Below the pieces are notes generated by a model that was not told the origin of the DNA, ran no database searches, and saw nothing but the letters and a program-made list of their open reading frames with translations. This document shows positions 1-8,629 of a stretch of DNA of 64,000 nucleotides, one piece after another; position 1 is the first letter of the stretch, and each line of letters begins with the position of its first letter. This DNA comes from a virus. Taxonomy: Duplodnaviria; Caudoviricetes. The position numbers and the translations under genes are program-made. Location of the stretch: positions 1 to 64,000 of the IMG/VR virus record IMGVR_UViG_3300034111_000674; one strand, 5' to 3'.

Positions 1-2
1 CC

Positions 3-128
3 TGGACCAAAACCTGGACCCTAGAACCGGACATCCACGTGTCAAGTGTGGTATTACAAGACGGAGTCTTGTACATCGAACTCCAAACCAGCCCCAAGAG
101 CACCACTCGTAAAATAGATATCCACTGA
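3..128 (+). CDS. Small heat-shock protein (Hsp20/alpha-crystallin), C-terminal fragment; 5' end outside the window
   Basis: Not in the ORF track. Frame 3 reads WTKTWTLEPDIHVSSVVLQDGVLYIELQTSPKSTTRKIDIH-stop (TGA 126-128). This matches the Hsp20 C-terminal pattern F-x-R-x-F-x-L...L-x-D/N-G-V/L-L-x-I-x-L followed by the IxI tail (RKIDI). Confidence 0.65.
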   Translation, partial: WTKTWTLEPDIHVSSVVLQDGVLYIELQTSPKSTTRKIDIH

Positions 129-137
129 GGAGTCCAC

Positions 138-611
138 ATGCTACCAGCTCAAACACACCCAGCCGAAACCCTCACCATCGATCCCGAGGGGTTGGAGATT
201 GCCAACTGCTATTTACAGACTCAGAGTCTCTCCAAGGTAAGTGAGGAATTGGGGGTCAGTACCGAGCTGGTAGCTAGCCAACTAGCCCGCCGTGAGGTAA
301 AGAGTTACATCGATCAGGTGTTTAAGGACGTGGGCTTCAACAACCGTTTCAAAATGCGCAAAGCAATGGACATGTTGATCTCCAAAAAGTTTCAAGAATT
401 GGACGAGGCAGGAGTGGGGTCCTCAAAAGACATTGCAGATCTACTCGCTTTAAGCCACAAAATGACCATCGAACAGTTGGACCGTGAGATTGCCTTGGAA
501 AAAGTTCGTGCCAGCAATATTAAGAGCCAGGTCAACGTACAAATCAATGACGGCGGTGCTGGCTCCAACTATGGAACCCTGTTAGAAAGGTTGTTGAAGC
601 CCAATGCTTAA
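138..611 (+). CDS. Putative terminase small subunit
   Basis: 157 aa with an N-terminal HTH-like segment (LSKVSEELGVSTELV). GAGGAG RBS upstream; overlaps the terL start; same position as in T5-like phages. Confidence 0.6.
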   Translation: MLPAQTHPAETLTIDPEGLEIANCYLQTQSLSKVSEELGVSTELVASQLARREVKSYIDQVFKDVGFNNRFKMRKAMDMLISKKFQELDEAGVGSSKDIADLLALSHKMTIEQLDREIALEKVRASNIKSQVNVQINDGGAGSNYGTLLERLLKPNA

Positions 612-1908
612 GATCAGCCGAGATAACATAGACTGTTACAACATCACCGACTATCCAGGCGATAGTCGGTTTATCAAGCTGCCCATAGTCAACTACTTGA
701 AGTTGGCCACTGTGGGTGGTGTGCCCATCCACGACAACTTGAACCGTCCACAGATTGCTTTAATCAATGCTGTGAACTCACCCGACTACAGGTTCATCGT
801 TGCTGCACTGAGCCGACGGCTGGGCAAGACGTTCATTGCAAACGTGATCGGGCAACTGGTGGTGTTAATCCCCGGCTGCAATGTATTGATCATGAGCCCC
901 AACTATAACTTGTCCACCATCAGTTTCGAACTGCAGCGTGGGTTCATCAAGCAGTTTGACCTAGAGGTGACCAAAGACAATCACAAAGACAAGGTGATCG
1001 AATTAAGTAATGGTAGTACAATCCGTATGGGCTCGATTACCACTGTAGATTCAAGTGTTGGTCGTAGCTACAATCTAATCATATTCGACGAAGCTGCTTT
1101 AGGCGATGGTGGTGAAGAGGCCTTCAATGTGAGTTTGCGACCGACTCTGGACCGTCCGGGATCAAAGGCCATCTTTATTAGTACGCCACGCGGCAAGCAC
1201 AACTGGTTTGCCAAGTTCTACGAACGTGGGTACAGCGATCTCTACCCTCAGTGGATTAGTCTGCAAGCCGACTACACCGAAAATGACCGCATGCTGGAGA
1301 GCGACGTCTCAGAGGCTCGCGCTAGTATGTCGAAAGCCGAGTTTGAGCAGGAATACATGGCGAGCTTCAACACTTTCGAGGGTCAGATCTACTCATTTAC
1401 TAGTGACATGGTGGTAGAGTTCAATCACGTCGACGGTGTGGAGTATCTCGCAGGCATAGACCCCGGATACCGTGATCCTACAGCTTTAGTGGTGTTGGCC
1501 TATAATCCTGCAGACGACACTTTTCATGTGGTAGACGAGTACTTGAAAGCCGAAGCCACTACTGCCACTCATGCTGAGGCATTTCACAAGTTTATAGACC
1601 GCTGGGGAATAGAGTCCGGCATTTTTATTGACTCAGCCGCAGCACAGTTTGCAAGTGATCTGGCGTATGGTTATGATATCTCTACCATCAAAGCTAAAAA
1701 GCAGGTGTTGGAAGGCATTGCATATGTACAGACGTTGGTAGAGCAGGGACGTATCAAGGTGGCCCCACACTGTACACATACACTGGAAATGTTTGATCAA
1801 TACCAGTGGGACAACCGCGAGACACTTACACGCGAAAAGCCAGTTCACAATAAAGTTAGTCACATAGCAGATGCATTGCGCTACGCAGTGTACACATACA
1901 CAATATGA
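604..1908 (+). CDS. terL: Terminase large subunit
   Basis: Walker A SRRLGKT, Walker B LIIFDEAA, coupling motif ISTPRG, RNase H-like nuclease motifs GIDPGYRD and HIADALRY. Confidence 0.95.
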   Translation: MLKISRDNIDCYNITDYPGDSRFIKLPIVNYLKLATVGGVPIHDNLNRPQIALINAVNSPDYRFIVAALSRRLGKTFIANVIGQLVVLIPGCNVLIMSPNYNLSTISFELQRGFIKQFDLEVTKDNHKDKVIELSNGSTIRMGSITTVDSSVGRSYNLIIFDEAALGDGGEEAFNVSLRPTLDRPGSKAIFISTPRGKHNWFAKFYERGYSDLYPQWISLQADYTENDRMLESDVSEARASMSKAEFEQEYMASFNTFEGQIYSFTSDMVVEFNHVDGVEYLAGIDPGYRDPTALVVLAYNPADDTFHVVDEYLKAEATTATHAEAFHKFIDRWGIESGIFIDSAAAQFASDLAYGYDISTIKAKKQVLEGIAYVQTLVEQGRIKVAPHCTHTLEMFDQYQWDNRETLTREKPVHNKVSHIADALRYAVYTYTI

Positions 1909-2390
1909 AAAGCGGAATTTATGTCTTAAAGTTCGACAGCGGCTACGCCTACATTGGCAAGAGCGTAGATATCTCCTCCCGATACAAGCAACACTTGAAC
2001 TCGCTGCGTCGTGGCAATCATACATCTGAATTGCAAGCTCACTACAAAGTATGGGGAATTCCGCGCTGTGAGGTTTTAGAACTCTGTCACCCTGACCACC
2101 TAGACGTTTTAGAGCGTAGTTGGATAAGCCGTGGAGTCAACCTGTTGAATACAGTGTACCACGAACCACCACACCAAGACAGCTGGGTTCGTAGCCACAG
2201 CCACGTATTGCAGCACAGCACTGGGACGTTACTCAAAAACATGGTTGAAAGTGCTCGTGAGTTGAAGGACCTGCGTCGTCACGGTGTAGTGGCTCCTGGA
2301 GAACTAGACCGTTTGAGGGACTTGGAGCTGGAGGTGGCTTCACTACGAGCCTACAAATCTAGCAGCTGGTGGTACAAACTGTGGAACTGA
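1905..2390 (+). CDS. GIY-YIG endonuclease, free-standing homing endonuclease-like
   Basis: GIYVL...YIGKS...R...H near the N-terminus, followed by E (LERSW) and N (LLN). ATGA overlap with the terL stop. Confidence 0.85.
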   Translation: MKSGIYVLKFDSGYAYIGKSVDISSRYKQHLNSLRRGNHTSELQAHYKVWGIPRCEVLELCHPDHLDVLERSWISRGVNLLNTVYHEPPHQDSWVRSHSHVLQHSTGTLLKNMVESARELKDLRRHGVVAPGELDRLRDLELEVASLRAYKSSSWWYKLWN

Positions 2391-2416
2391 AATTTTGTAC
2401 CTCCCCAAAAAAGGTT

Positions 2417-2445
2417 TTGACAGGTCTTTGCCTACGTGCTATAAT
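2417..2445 (+). promoter_or_regulatory. Sigma70 promoter upstream of the HNH-portal-capsid operon
   Basis: TTGACA (2417-2422), 17 bp spacer, TATAAT (2440-2445) with extended -10 TG; A-tract upstream. Confidence 0.9.
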
Positions 2446-2488
2446 ATCGGTAATTTAGAGTTGTAATACCAAAATTTTTTAACCAACC

Positions 2489-2914
2489 ATGGCCAAAAAC
2501 ACAAACAAACGTATTCCTGTGAAATGGATACGTGATCGCGCAAAAAGTGCCTATGATAAAAAACACCATTGTTATATCTGTAACAGTGAAGAGGACTTGG
2601 AATTACATCACACCCATTCAGTAACACTGTTGTTAGAGCGTTGGATTGAAAAGACCGGCCGTGATTTTTCGTCAGACGAGGCAGTATTAGCCAACCGTGA
2701 CGAGTTTATCGAACACCACCACAAGGAAATATATGATGATGTGTACACACTGTGTAACCCTCACCATGTTGCCCTTCACGGAGTGTACGGTAAAGCACCG
2801 CCACTTTCCACTGCTGTCAAGCAGGGTTCCTGGATTGAAACTCAAAAAGCTAAGATGTTATTACCGCGGGAACAAAAGCCTGTGGTGACCGGACTCTTTA
2901 GTGAATTTTATTGA
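2489..2914 (+). CDS. HNH endonuclease (T5 nicking/packaging-associated type)
   Basis: CYIC...LELHH...TLCNPHHVALH zinc/HNH motifs; immediately precedes portal as in T5. Confidence 0.8.
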   Translation: MAKNTNKRIPVKWIRDRAKSAYDKKHHCYICNSEEDLELHHTHSVTLLLERWIEKTGRDFSSDEAVLANRDEFIEHHHKEIYDDVYTLCNPHHVALHGVYGKAPPLSTAVKQGSWIETQKAKMLLPREQKPVVTGLFSEFY

Positions 2915-2922
2915 GGAACACC

Positions 2923-4116
2923 ATGAACATCATCAAGGATTTTAGGGGTTGGTTGGTTGAAAAACTGAACCCAGCTCAAGGCATCATCAGCCGTGACGAG
3001 GGCACCTCAGTCGACACCAACGCCACAATCAGCTATTTACAGGCGTTTAACAGGTTGGAAAGTGTTAACCGCGGCGTCAATATGATTGTGAGCGCGTGCA
3101 GTAGTTTAGACTACGACGTAAAAGAAAGTAAAGCCGACTCAGTAGTAGGTGGCCTTCGACAAAAGAGCTTAGTCAAGCTGTTGAACTTTACGCCAAACCC
3201 CTATCAGAGCGCACAAGAATTTCGCATAAATATGTTCACAGACTTCTTGTTGGAAGGCAACATATTTATCTACTGGGATGGTGCTCACATGTATCACCTG
3301 CCAGCTAGCAACGTACAGATTGAAACAGACCCTAAAACTTATGTAAAGGGCTATACTTACAACTCAGAGGTACGTTTCCGTCCCGACGAAGTGTTTCACA
3401 TCAAAGACCTGAGCAGTCACACTATCTATCGCGGCACTAGCAGGTTGGCGTCAGCTGACCGCAATATCAAGATACTGTACAAGATGCAGACCTTTCAAGA
3501 ACAGTTCTTTGATAACGGAGCTGTGATGGGGCTCATCTTGACCAGTGACAATACTCTATCACAACAAGCCAAAGAACGAACTATCCAAAACTGGAGAACT
3601 CAGTACTCACCCAAAAACGGTGCTCGGCGTCCCATGATACTGGATTCAGGCCTGAAGCCTTGGGGTGAGTTTGCAGACACGTTCAAAGACATGGATTTTG
3701 ATGTCTCAATCAAAACTCATGACACCAAGATATTGAAGAGCTTGGGGGTTCCACCAATCTTGTTAGACGGTGGCAACAATGCAAACATTGCACCCAATTT
3801 GAGGCTGTTTTACTTAGAAACTGTGTTACCTATCGTAAATCGATATGTTAGTGCAGTAGAAAGATTTTTTGGATACGATGTAGAAGCAGTAACTGCAACC
3901 GTATCAGCATTGCAGCCTGAATTAAAAGACGTGGCTGCTTACTATGCCTCTCTGGTCAACGGTGGAGTAATCTCTCCAAACGAGGCCCGAAAGGAACTAC
4001 GCTATGACGACAAGTCAGGTCATGATGACCTGAGGGTACCAGCAAACATTGCTGGTAGTGCTGCAAATCCCAGCGTAGGCGGAGCGCCCAAAAAGCCTCC
4101 ACAAGAACCAAGGTAA
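2923..4116 (+). CDS. Portal protein (HK97 family)
   Basis: Motifs FLLEGNIFI, FFDNGAVMGLIL, ILKSLGVPPILL, GVISPNEARKEL. Start placed at ATG 2923, after GAGGA at 2913-2917. Confidence 0.92.
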   Translation: MNIIKDFRGWLVEKLNPAQGIISRDEGTSVDTNATISYLQAFNRLESVNRGVNMIVSACSSLDYDVKESKADSVVGGLRQKSLVKLLNFTPNPYQSAQEFRINMFTDFLLEGNIFIYWDGAHMYHLPASNVQIETDPKTYVKGYTYNSEVRFRPDEVFHIKDLSSHTIYRGTSRLASADRNIKILYKMQTFQEQFFDNGAVMGLILTSDNTLSQQAKERTIQNWRTQYSPKNGARRPMILDSGLKPWGEFADTFKDMDFDVSIKTHDTKILKSLGVPPILLDGGNNANIAPNLRLFYLETVLPIVNRYVSAVERFFGYDVEAVTATVSALQPELKDVAAYYASLVNGGVISPNEARKELRYDDKSGHDDLRVPANIAGSAANPSVGGAPKKPPQEPR

Positions 4117-4123
4117 GGAGCCT

Positions 4124-6100
4124 ATGAAAGATAAAGTACTACATTTAAATAGTGCTTTTTCCATAAAAGATGCAACTGACAATCCTGGTCAAATCTACAT
4201 CGAAGGGTATGCAAGTACCACAGACGTAGATCGCCAGGGAGATGTTGTTCCCAGTTCAGTCTGGGAAAAAGGCATGACTAACTACCTTAAAAATCCTATT
4301 ATCTTAGCCTACCACGATCACAGCAATCCGATCGGACGTATGACTGAGCATAAAACGGATGGCAAGGGGTTATGGATAAAAGCAAGAATTTCAACAGCTG
4401 CCAAGCAGTTCCAACTTATCAAAGACGGAATTCTTACAGCTTTTTCTATCGGCTTCAGGGTGTTGGACGCTGAGTACAACTCAGCCGCTGAAGTGTTTTT
4501 AATCAAGGAATTGGAACTGGTAGAAATTTCTGTCGTTTCAGTACCTGCAAATCAAAACACTGTTTTTGATTTAAGTAAAGCATTTGATAGTGCTGACGAT
4601 TACAAGCGTTACAAAGAGCAATTTGCAACTCAAGACCAATCAGCTAAAGGGCTAGAAAAGGTAACAGAGTCAGATCGCGACATTAAAAAGGAATGGAATA
4701 TGAATCCAGAAGAAATCAAGCAAATGCTTGCCCAAGCTGCTCGTGAAGCTGCCGAACAAGCTACCGTGGCCCTAGAAGCCCGTCAAAAAGCTCTGGCAGA
4801 TGCCAAAGCACAAGAAACAGCCCGTCAGGCTGAAATCAATGGCATCGTTAAGGCTGCTGTAGAAGCTCAGATCCAAGTTGGTCAGAGCGGCACAGAAAAG
4901 CTATTAGCCGAAGTTGAAAAGCGTTTTGAGACTGAGCGTGCTGCTCAAAAGAGCGCTCTAGAAGGTCTAGAAGCTGTTCTAAAGGAAAAGGCCGATGAGT
5001 TGAAGGCTCTACAGACTTCAAAGATGGCTTTTGGCGACAAGTCAAAGGGCGACAGCACCTCCTACAAGGAGCGTGAAATGGCCGTGTTGCTGAGCAAGGT
5101 AACTGGCAAGTCTCTTGAGTCTACACGTTATGGTAAGATGGTAGTTGAAAAGGCCGGTGGTCACCTTGGTGGTGGCAGCAATACAACTGGTATTATCACT
5201 GCTCCTGCTTCTCTATGGGAAACTGAAGTTTCTACAACCATGGAAGACGAAGTACGTCGCCGTTTAGTGATGGCTCCACTGCTTCGCAACGTTGCAATGC
5301 AGACCAATGTGATGAGAATGCCTCTAAACCCAGAAGCTGGCAAGGCCACTTGGGTTATCAACAGTGACTTTGGTAATAGTAACAACAACAGTTCTGGTAG
5401 CACAGACACTCATGTGTTAAAAGAAATCACTCTAAACGCCTTCAAGGTTGCCACACGTGAATACATGGCTCTTGAAGAAGAAGAGGATTCAATCCTAGTG
5501 TTACTACCTATCGTTCGTGATGCTATGCTACGCCGTGTTGCACGTGCTGTAGATGCAGCCATGATCAACGGTGCTGGTAGCGGCAGCGACCCAGTCAAGG
5601 GTATTTCAATGTACGACACAGCAAGTGCTGTTCAAATCGACAGCGCGAACGCTGTAACTGTCGCCAAGATGAGAGCCCTTCGCAAGGACTTGGGAGCTTG
5701 GGGTCTAGAGCCTAGTGAGTTGGTTTATGTAGTTAACACAGAAACATACTACAACCTATTGGACGACACCACATTCCAGACAATGGACAAGGTCGGTGAT
5801 CGTGCTACTCTACTAACTGGTCAGATTGGTAGTATTGCCAACACACCAGTGGTTGTAAGTGGCGAGTTCCCAGCAATCGCTGAAGCAGCCGACGGCGCAA
5901 GTACTAACATTGCAGCCTTCTGCTTTGCACCTGCCAACTTCTTGGTAGGCAACCAGCGTGGTCTACGTGTTGACACAGACACACTAACAGAGCGTCAGAG
6001 CCGTGTACTAGTGGCTTCACTACGTACTGGTCTAACTCAGCTGACAACTAACCTAGGACCTGCAGTAAGCACCCTACGTTACGTCAACGGAGCGACCTGA
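4124..6100 (+). CDS. Fused prohead protease plus scaffold (delta) domain plus HK97-fold major capsid protein
   Basis: N-terminus has HK97 protease motifs (IEGYAST, DRQGD, ILAYHDH, AFSIGF, EISVVSVPAN). A coiled-coil delta domain starts at M193, followed by the capsid fold; a strong terminator follows. Confidence 0.93.
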   Translation: MKDKVLHLNSAFSIKDATDNPGQIYIEGYASTTDVDRQGDVVPSSVWEKGMTNYLKNPIILAYHDHSNPIGRMTEHKTDGKGLWIKARISTAAKQFQLIKDGILTAFSIGFRVLDAEYNSAAEVFLIKELELVEISVVSVPANQNTVFDLSKAFDSADDYKRYKEQFATQDQSAKGLEKVTESDRDIKKEWNMNPEEIKQMLAQAAREAAEQATVALEARQKALADAKAQETARQAEINGIVKAAVEAQIQVGQSGTEKLLAEVEKRFETERAAQKSALEGLEAVLKEKADELKALQTSKMAFGDKSKGDSTSYKEREMAVLLSKVTGKSLESTRYGKMVVEKAGGHLGGGSNTTGIITAPASLWETEVSTTMEDEVRRRLVMAPLLRNVAMQTNVMRMPLNPEAGKATWVINSDFGNSNNNSSGSTDTHVLKEITLNAFKVATREYMALEEEEDSILVLLPIVRDAMLRRVARAVDAAMINGAGSGSDPVKGISMYDTASAVQIDSANAVTVAKMRALRKDLGAWGLEPSELVYVVNTETYYNLLDDTTFQTMDKVGDRATLLTGQIGSIANTPVVVSGEFPAIAEAADGASTNIAAFCFAPANFLVGNQRGLRVDTDTLTERQSRVLVASLRTGLTQLTTNLGPAVSTLRYVNGAT

Positions 6101-6107
6101 TATTAAT

Positions 6108-6138
6108 AAAACTGGGGACTTTTTAGTCCCCGGTTTTT
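6108..6138 (+). terminator. Rho-independent terminator after the capsid gene
   Basis: AAAACTGGGGACT-TTTT-AGTCCCCGGTTTTT. Confidence 0.85.
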
Positions 6139-6184
6139 CCAAAGGGCTGTGTCAGTCTTTTGGAAAAACTAAAAGGAGTGTGTA

Positions 6185-6754
6185 ATGGGTGCAAACTTAA
6201 TAACCTTACAAGAATACAAAGCTTATGAAGGTATCACCAGTACCACCCAAGATGTAGAGATCGCAACAATCATCCCCAAAGTCTCAGAGTTTGTTAAGAA
6301 CATTTGCCGTCGCACTTTTGTGGACTGGGTTGGTGATGCCAAGACTGAGGTACTGAACGGCGGAACTTGTTTGTTATTGGGCGAAGCTCCTATTATAACT
6401 ATCTCCAGTATCGAAAAGAGTGAGAACTATGGTCAGAGTTATACTGACTTGATAGAGTTCACAGACTGGGTACTGGACAGTCAAAACCAGCAGATATTGC
6501 CCATTAACAGAGCTGAGTTTCTCTACTTGATCAACGGCTATCGCGTCACCTACACAGCTGGGTATCAAAGTATCCCAGAAGACTTGAAGTTAGCAGTATT
6601 GGACTTGGTTACCTACTACATGAAAAATCAGGGTGCTGTACAGAGTCAGATTGCGGTTACCACAGGAAATGCTCAGGTTCAGTATTTAACACAGAGCAAC
6701 CTGCCTGGGCATATCAAACGGGTACTTGACCTCTACGTATTGAACTATAACTGA
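6185..6754 (+). CDS. Head-tail connector / head completion protein
   Basis: LITLQEYKAY start, CRRTF, YRVTYTAGY...IPEDLKLAVLDLV pattern of gp6-like connectors; directly after the capsid gene. Confidence 0.8.
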   Translation: MGANLITLQEYKAYEGITSTTQDVEIATIIPKVSEFVKNICRRTFVDWVGDAKTEVLNGGTCLLLGEAPIITISSIEKSENYGQSYTDLIEFTDWVLDSQNQQILPINRAEFLYLINGYRVTYTAGYQSIPEDLKLAVLDLVTYYMKNQGAVQSQIAVTTGNAQVQYLTQSNLPGHIKRVLDLYVLNYN

Positions 6755-6755
6755 T

Positions 6756-8126
6756 ATGAGTATTGCAGAGTTTAGTGCGACTATTAAGTCACAAGCATAT
6801 AGAGACTGGTTTCAAAGAATATCTACAGAAGTTATATTAAAAACCGGTGTATCAGAACTTAGAGAGTCCGAACAAGTAGCAAGTAAAACTTCTTTTTATA
6901 TAACAGAAAATACAATTAAAGAAGTTATTAGTGCCTTATCAGGAGCACAAGCAGACCCCTCGGATGTAGAAAAAGTTTTTCAGAATTTAAAAACTTTAAG
7001 ATATAACAGAAACAAAAAAGCAATAGAAAAAGATAAACCATTTACAGACGGAAAAACTTTATACTATCCCAGAGTTAGTTTCGATACTATTGGTACTATC
7101 TTAGAACAAGGATTTAAAGAAGTACTTACTAAAGCTAGAGAAAAGAATCCCAAAGTAAGTATCTTTGATTACTTTGATAGAGGCCACGTATTTGGCATAT
7201 TTCCTAAAAAAGTACAAGATATACGTGACCGTTTGGCTTTAAACACAACAATGGACCCTAAGTCCAGAGATTTATTATTAGGAATTTTGACCGATTTCTA
7301 TAAAGAATTGGAAAAGCAGGACTTAGAAACCTCTAACTTAAAAGATGAAACTTACGATCTTTATAGTAGGTACAAAAAGAAAAAAGACAGATACGTAGTT
7401 GAACTCCAGTTAAAGAATGTTAATCAAGAAGCAGGTAGAGCACAGGGTTTATTGTCTAGAGCAATTCGTAAATTTTTTAATCCTGGATCTTTGCCTGTAA
7501 ATAAAACTGGATTAAACTTTACTGCTGGCTCAGGTGAGCAGTTTTTAAAGAAGTTAATTGAAGGTAGGGGCTCGCCCTCTCTGTTAGACCTTGTACAAGA
7601 ATTTGTAACTGACCCTCTAAAGGGAGTTGTTACAAAAGATAAAGAATTTGTGATACCTTTTACCAAGATTAATAGTTCAACCATAAAAGTAAATACCGAT
7701 AAGCAGCGAAAAGCTATCAAAAAAGAAAAACAAAATGTAAAAAAACTAATTAGTAGCGTTAAATCTGTTGTACCGTATAAAAAATTAGAAATGTCTACAA
7801 CTAGTTTAGCGACTCTGATGATGCAGATCAATAGCAGTCTGCACGATCAGTTGAAGAAAAACATGGGCACCGGTAATCGTAGAGATGTATTGAATTACCG
7901 CTCAGGCAGGTTTGCCAGTTCCGCAAAAGTAGAACGGCTTAGCGAAAGCCGTCAAGGCATGGTAACCGCGTTTTACAGTTATATGAAAAATCCCTATGCG
8001 ACTTTCAGCCGCGGCGGACGTCAGGATAGACCCTACACCCGCGATCCAAAATTGTTGATTTCCAAAAGTATCCGTGAACTTGCAGGCGCTCAAGTAGCCA
8101 ACCGAATGAGGGCAGTATTAGTATGA
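6756..8126 (+). CDS. T5 p143-like tail completion protein with a long N-terminal extension
   Basis: C-terminal ~110 aa (LNYRSGRFASS...YSYMKNPYATF...RDPKLLISKSI) resemble the T5 p143 C-terminus as recalled. The N-terminal ~340 aa are Lys-rich, AT-rich and unrelated. Confidence 0.65.
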   Translation: MSIAEFSATIKSQAYRDWFQRISTEVILKTGVSELRESEQVASKTSFYITENTIKEVISALSGAQADPSDVEKVFQNLKTLRYNRNKKAIEKDKPFTDGKTLYYPRVSFDTIGTILEQGFKEVLTKAREKNPKVSIFDYFDRGHVFGIFPKKVQDIRDRLALNTTMDPKSRDLLLGILTDFYKELEKQDLETSNLKDETYDLYSRYKKKKDRYVVELQLKNVNQEAGRAQGLLSRAIRKFFNPGSLPVNKTGLNFTAGSGEQFLKKLIEGRGSPSLLDLVQEFVTDPLKGVVTKDKEFVIPFTKINSSTIKVNTDKQRKAIKKEKQNVKKLISSVKSVVPYKKLEMSTTSLATLMMQINSSLHDQLKKNMGTGNRRDVLNYRSGRFASSAKVERLSESRQGMVTAFYSYMKNPYATFSRGGRQDRPYTRDPKLLISKSIRELAGAQVANRMRAVLV

Positions 8127-8551
8127 GTAGAAAATCGATAGTTACAGCTCTTGCAGACAAGTTCAAGCTCATCAACGGTGCCGCACCCTACCAGATAAAC
8201 ATATTCGACAACAGTTATCCCTATCTCAAGTTCTGGGATGAGGTCACAGACTTTCCTTGCATCTACCTTACACCCGGTTCAGAGGTTCGTGAGTACCTAC
8301 CTGGAGAGTTTAAATGGGGATTCTTGTCAGTCTCCCTCAAACTGTACTGCAAAGGCGATGACAGTCAAGATCAGCTGGAAAAACTTTTAGAAGACGTTGA
8401 ACGTTGCGTGGATCTTAACCGTCAGTTGGTTTATGAAGACACAAACTCTACTACAGAGATCCTAATCACTAGTATAACCACAGACGAGGGTTTGCTAGCT
8501 CCGTATGCAGTCGGAGAAATAAATCTACAGGTCAGATATCAGGTCATGTAG
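8123..8551 (+). CDS. Tail terminator protein (T5 p142-like)
   Basis: 142 aa with FWDEVTDFPCIY and ITSITTDEGLLAPY motifs; lies between tail completion and major tail genes. Confidence 0.75.
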   Translation: MSRKSIVTALADKFKLINGAAPYQINIFDNSYPYLKFWDEVTDFPCIYLTPGSEVREYLPGEFKWGFLSVSLKLYCKGDDSQDQLEKLLEDVERCVDLNRQLVYEDTNSTTEILITSITTDEGLLAPYAVGEINLQVRYQVM

Positions 8552-8629
8552 AATCCGTGCATAACACACCAAACACAGATAAAGGTCTAGTAGAGGTGTG
8601 GTAAGTACACAGCCTAAAAGGAAATAATT

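Noticed and set aside
1-32. CCTGGACC direct repeat at the window start as a genome end or pac site
   Set aside because: It lies inside the Hsp20-like reading frame (WTKTWT) and is explained by the protein sequence.
8565-8600. CACACC/GGTGTG pairing in the major tail gene leader as a structured RNA
   Set aside because: Only a 6-bp stem around a long loop; not enough support without covariation data.
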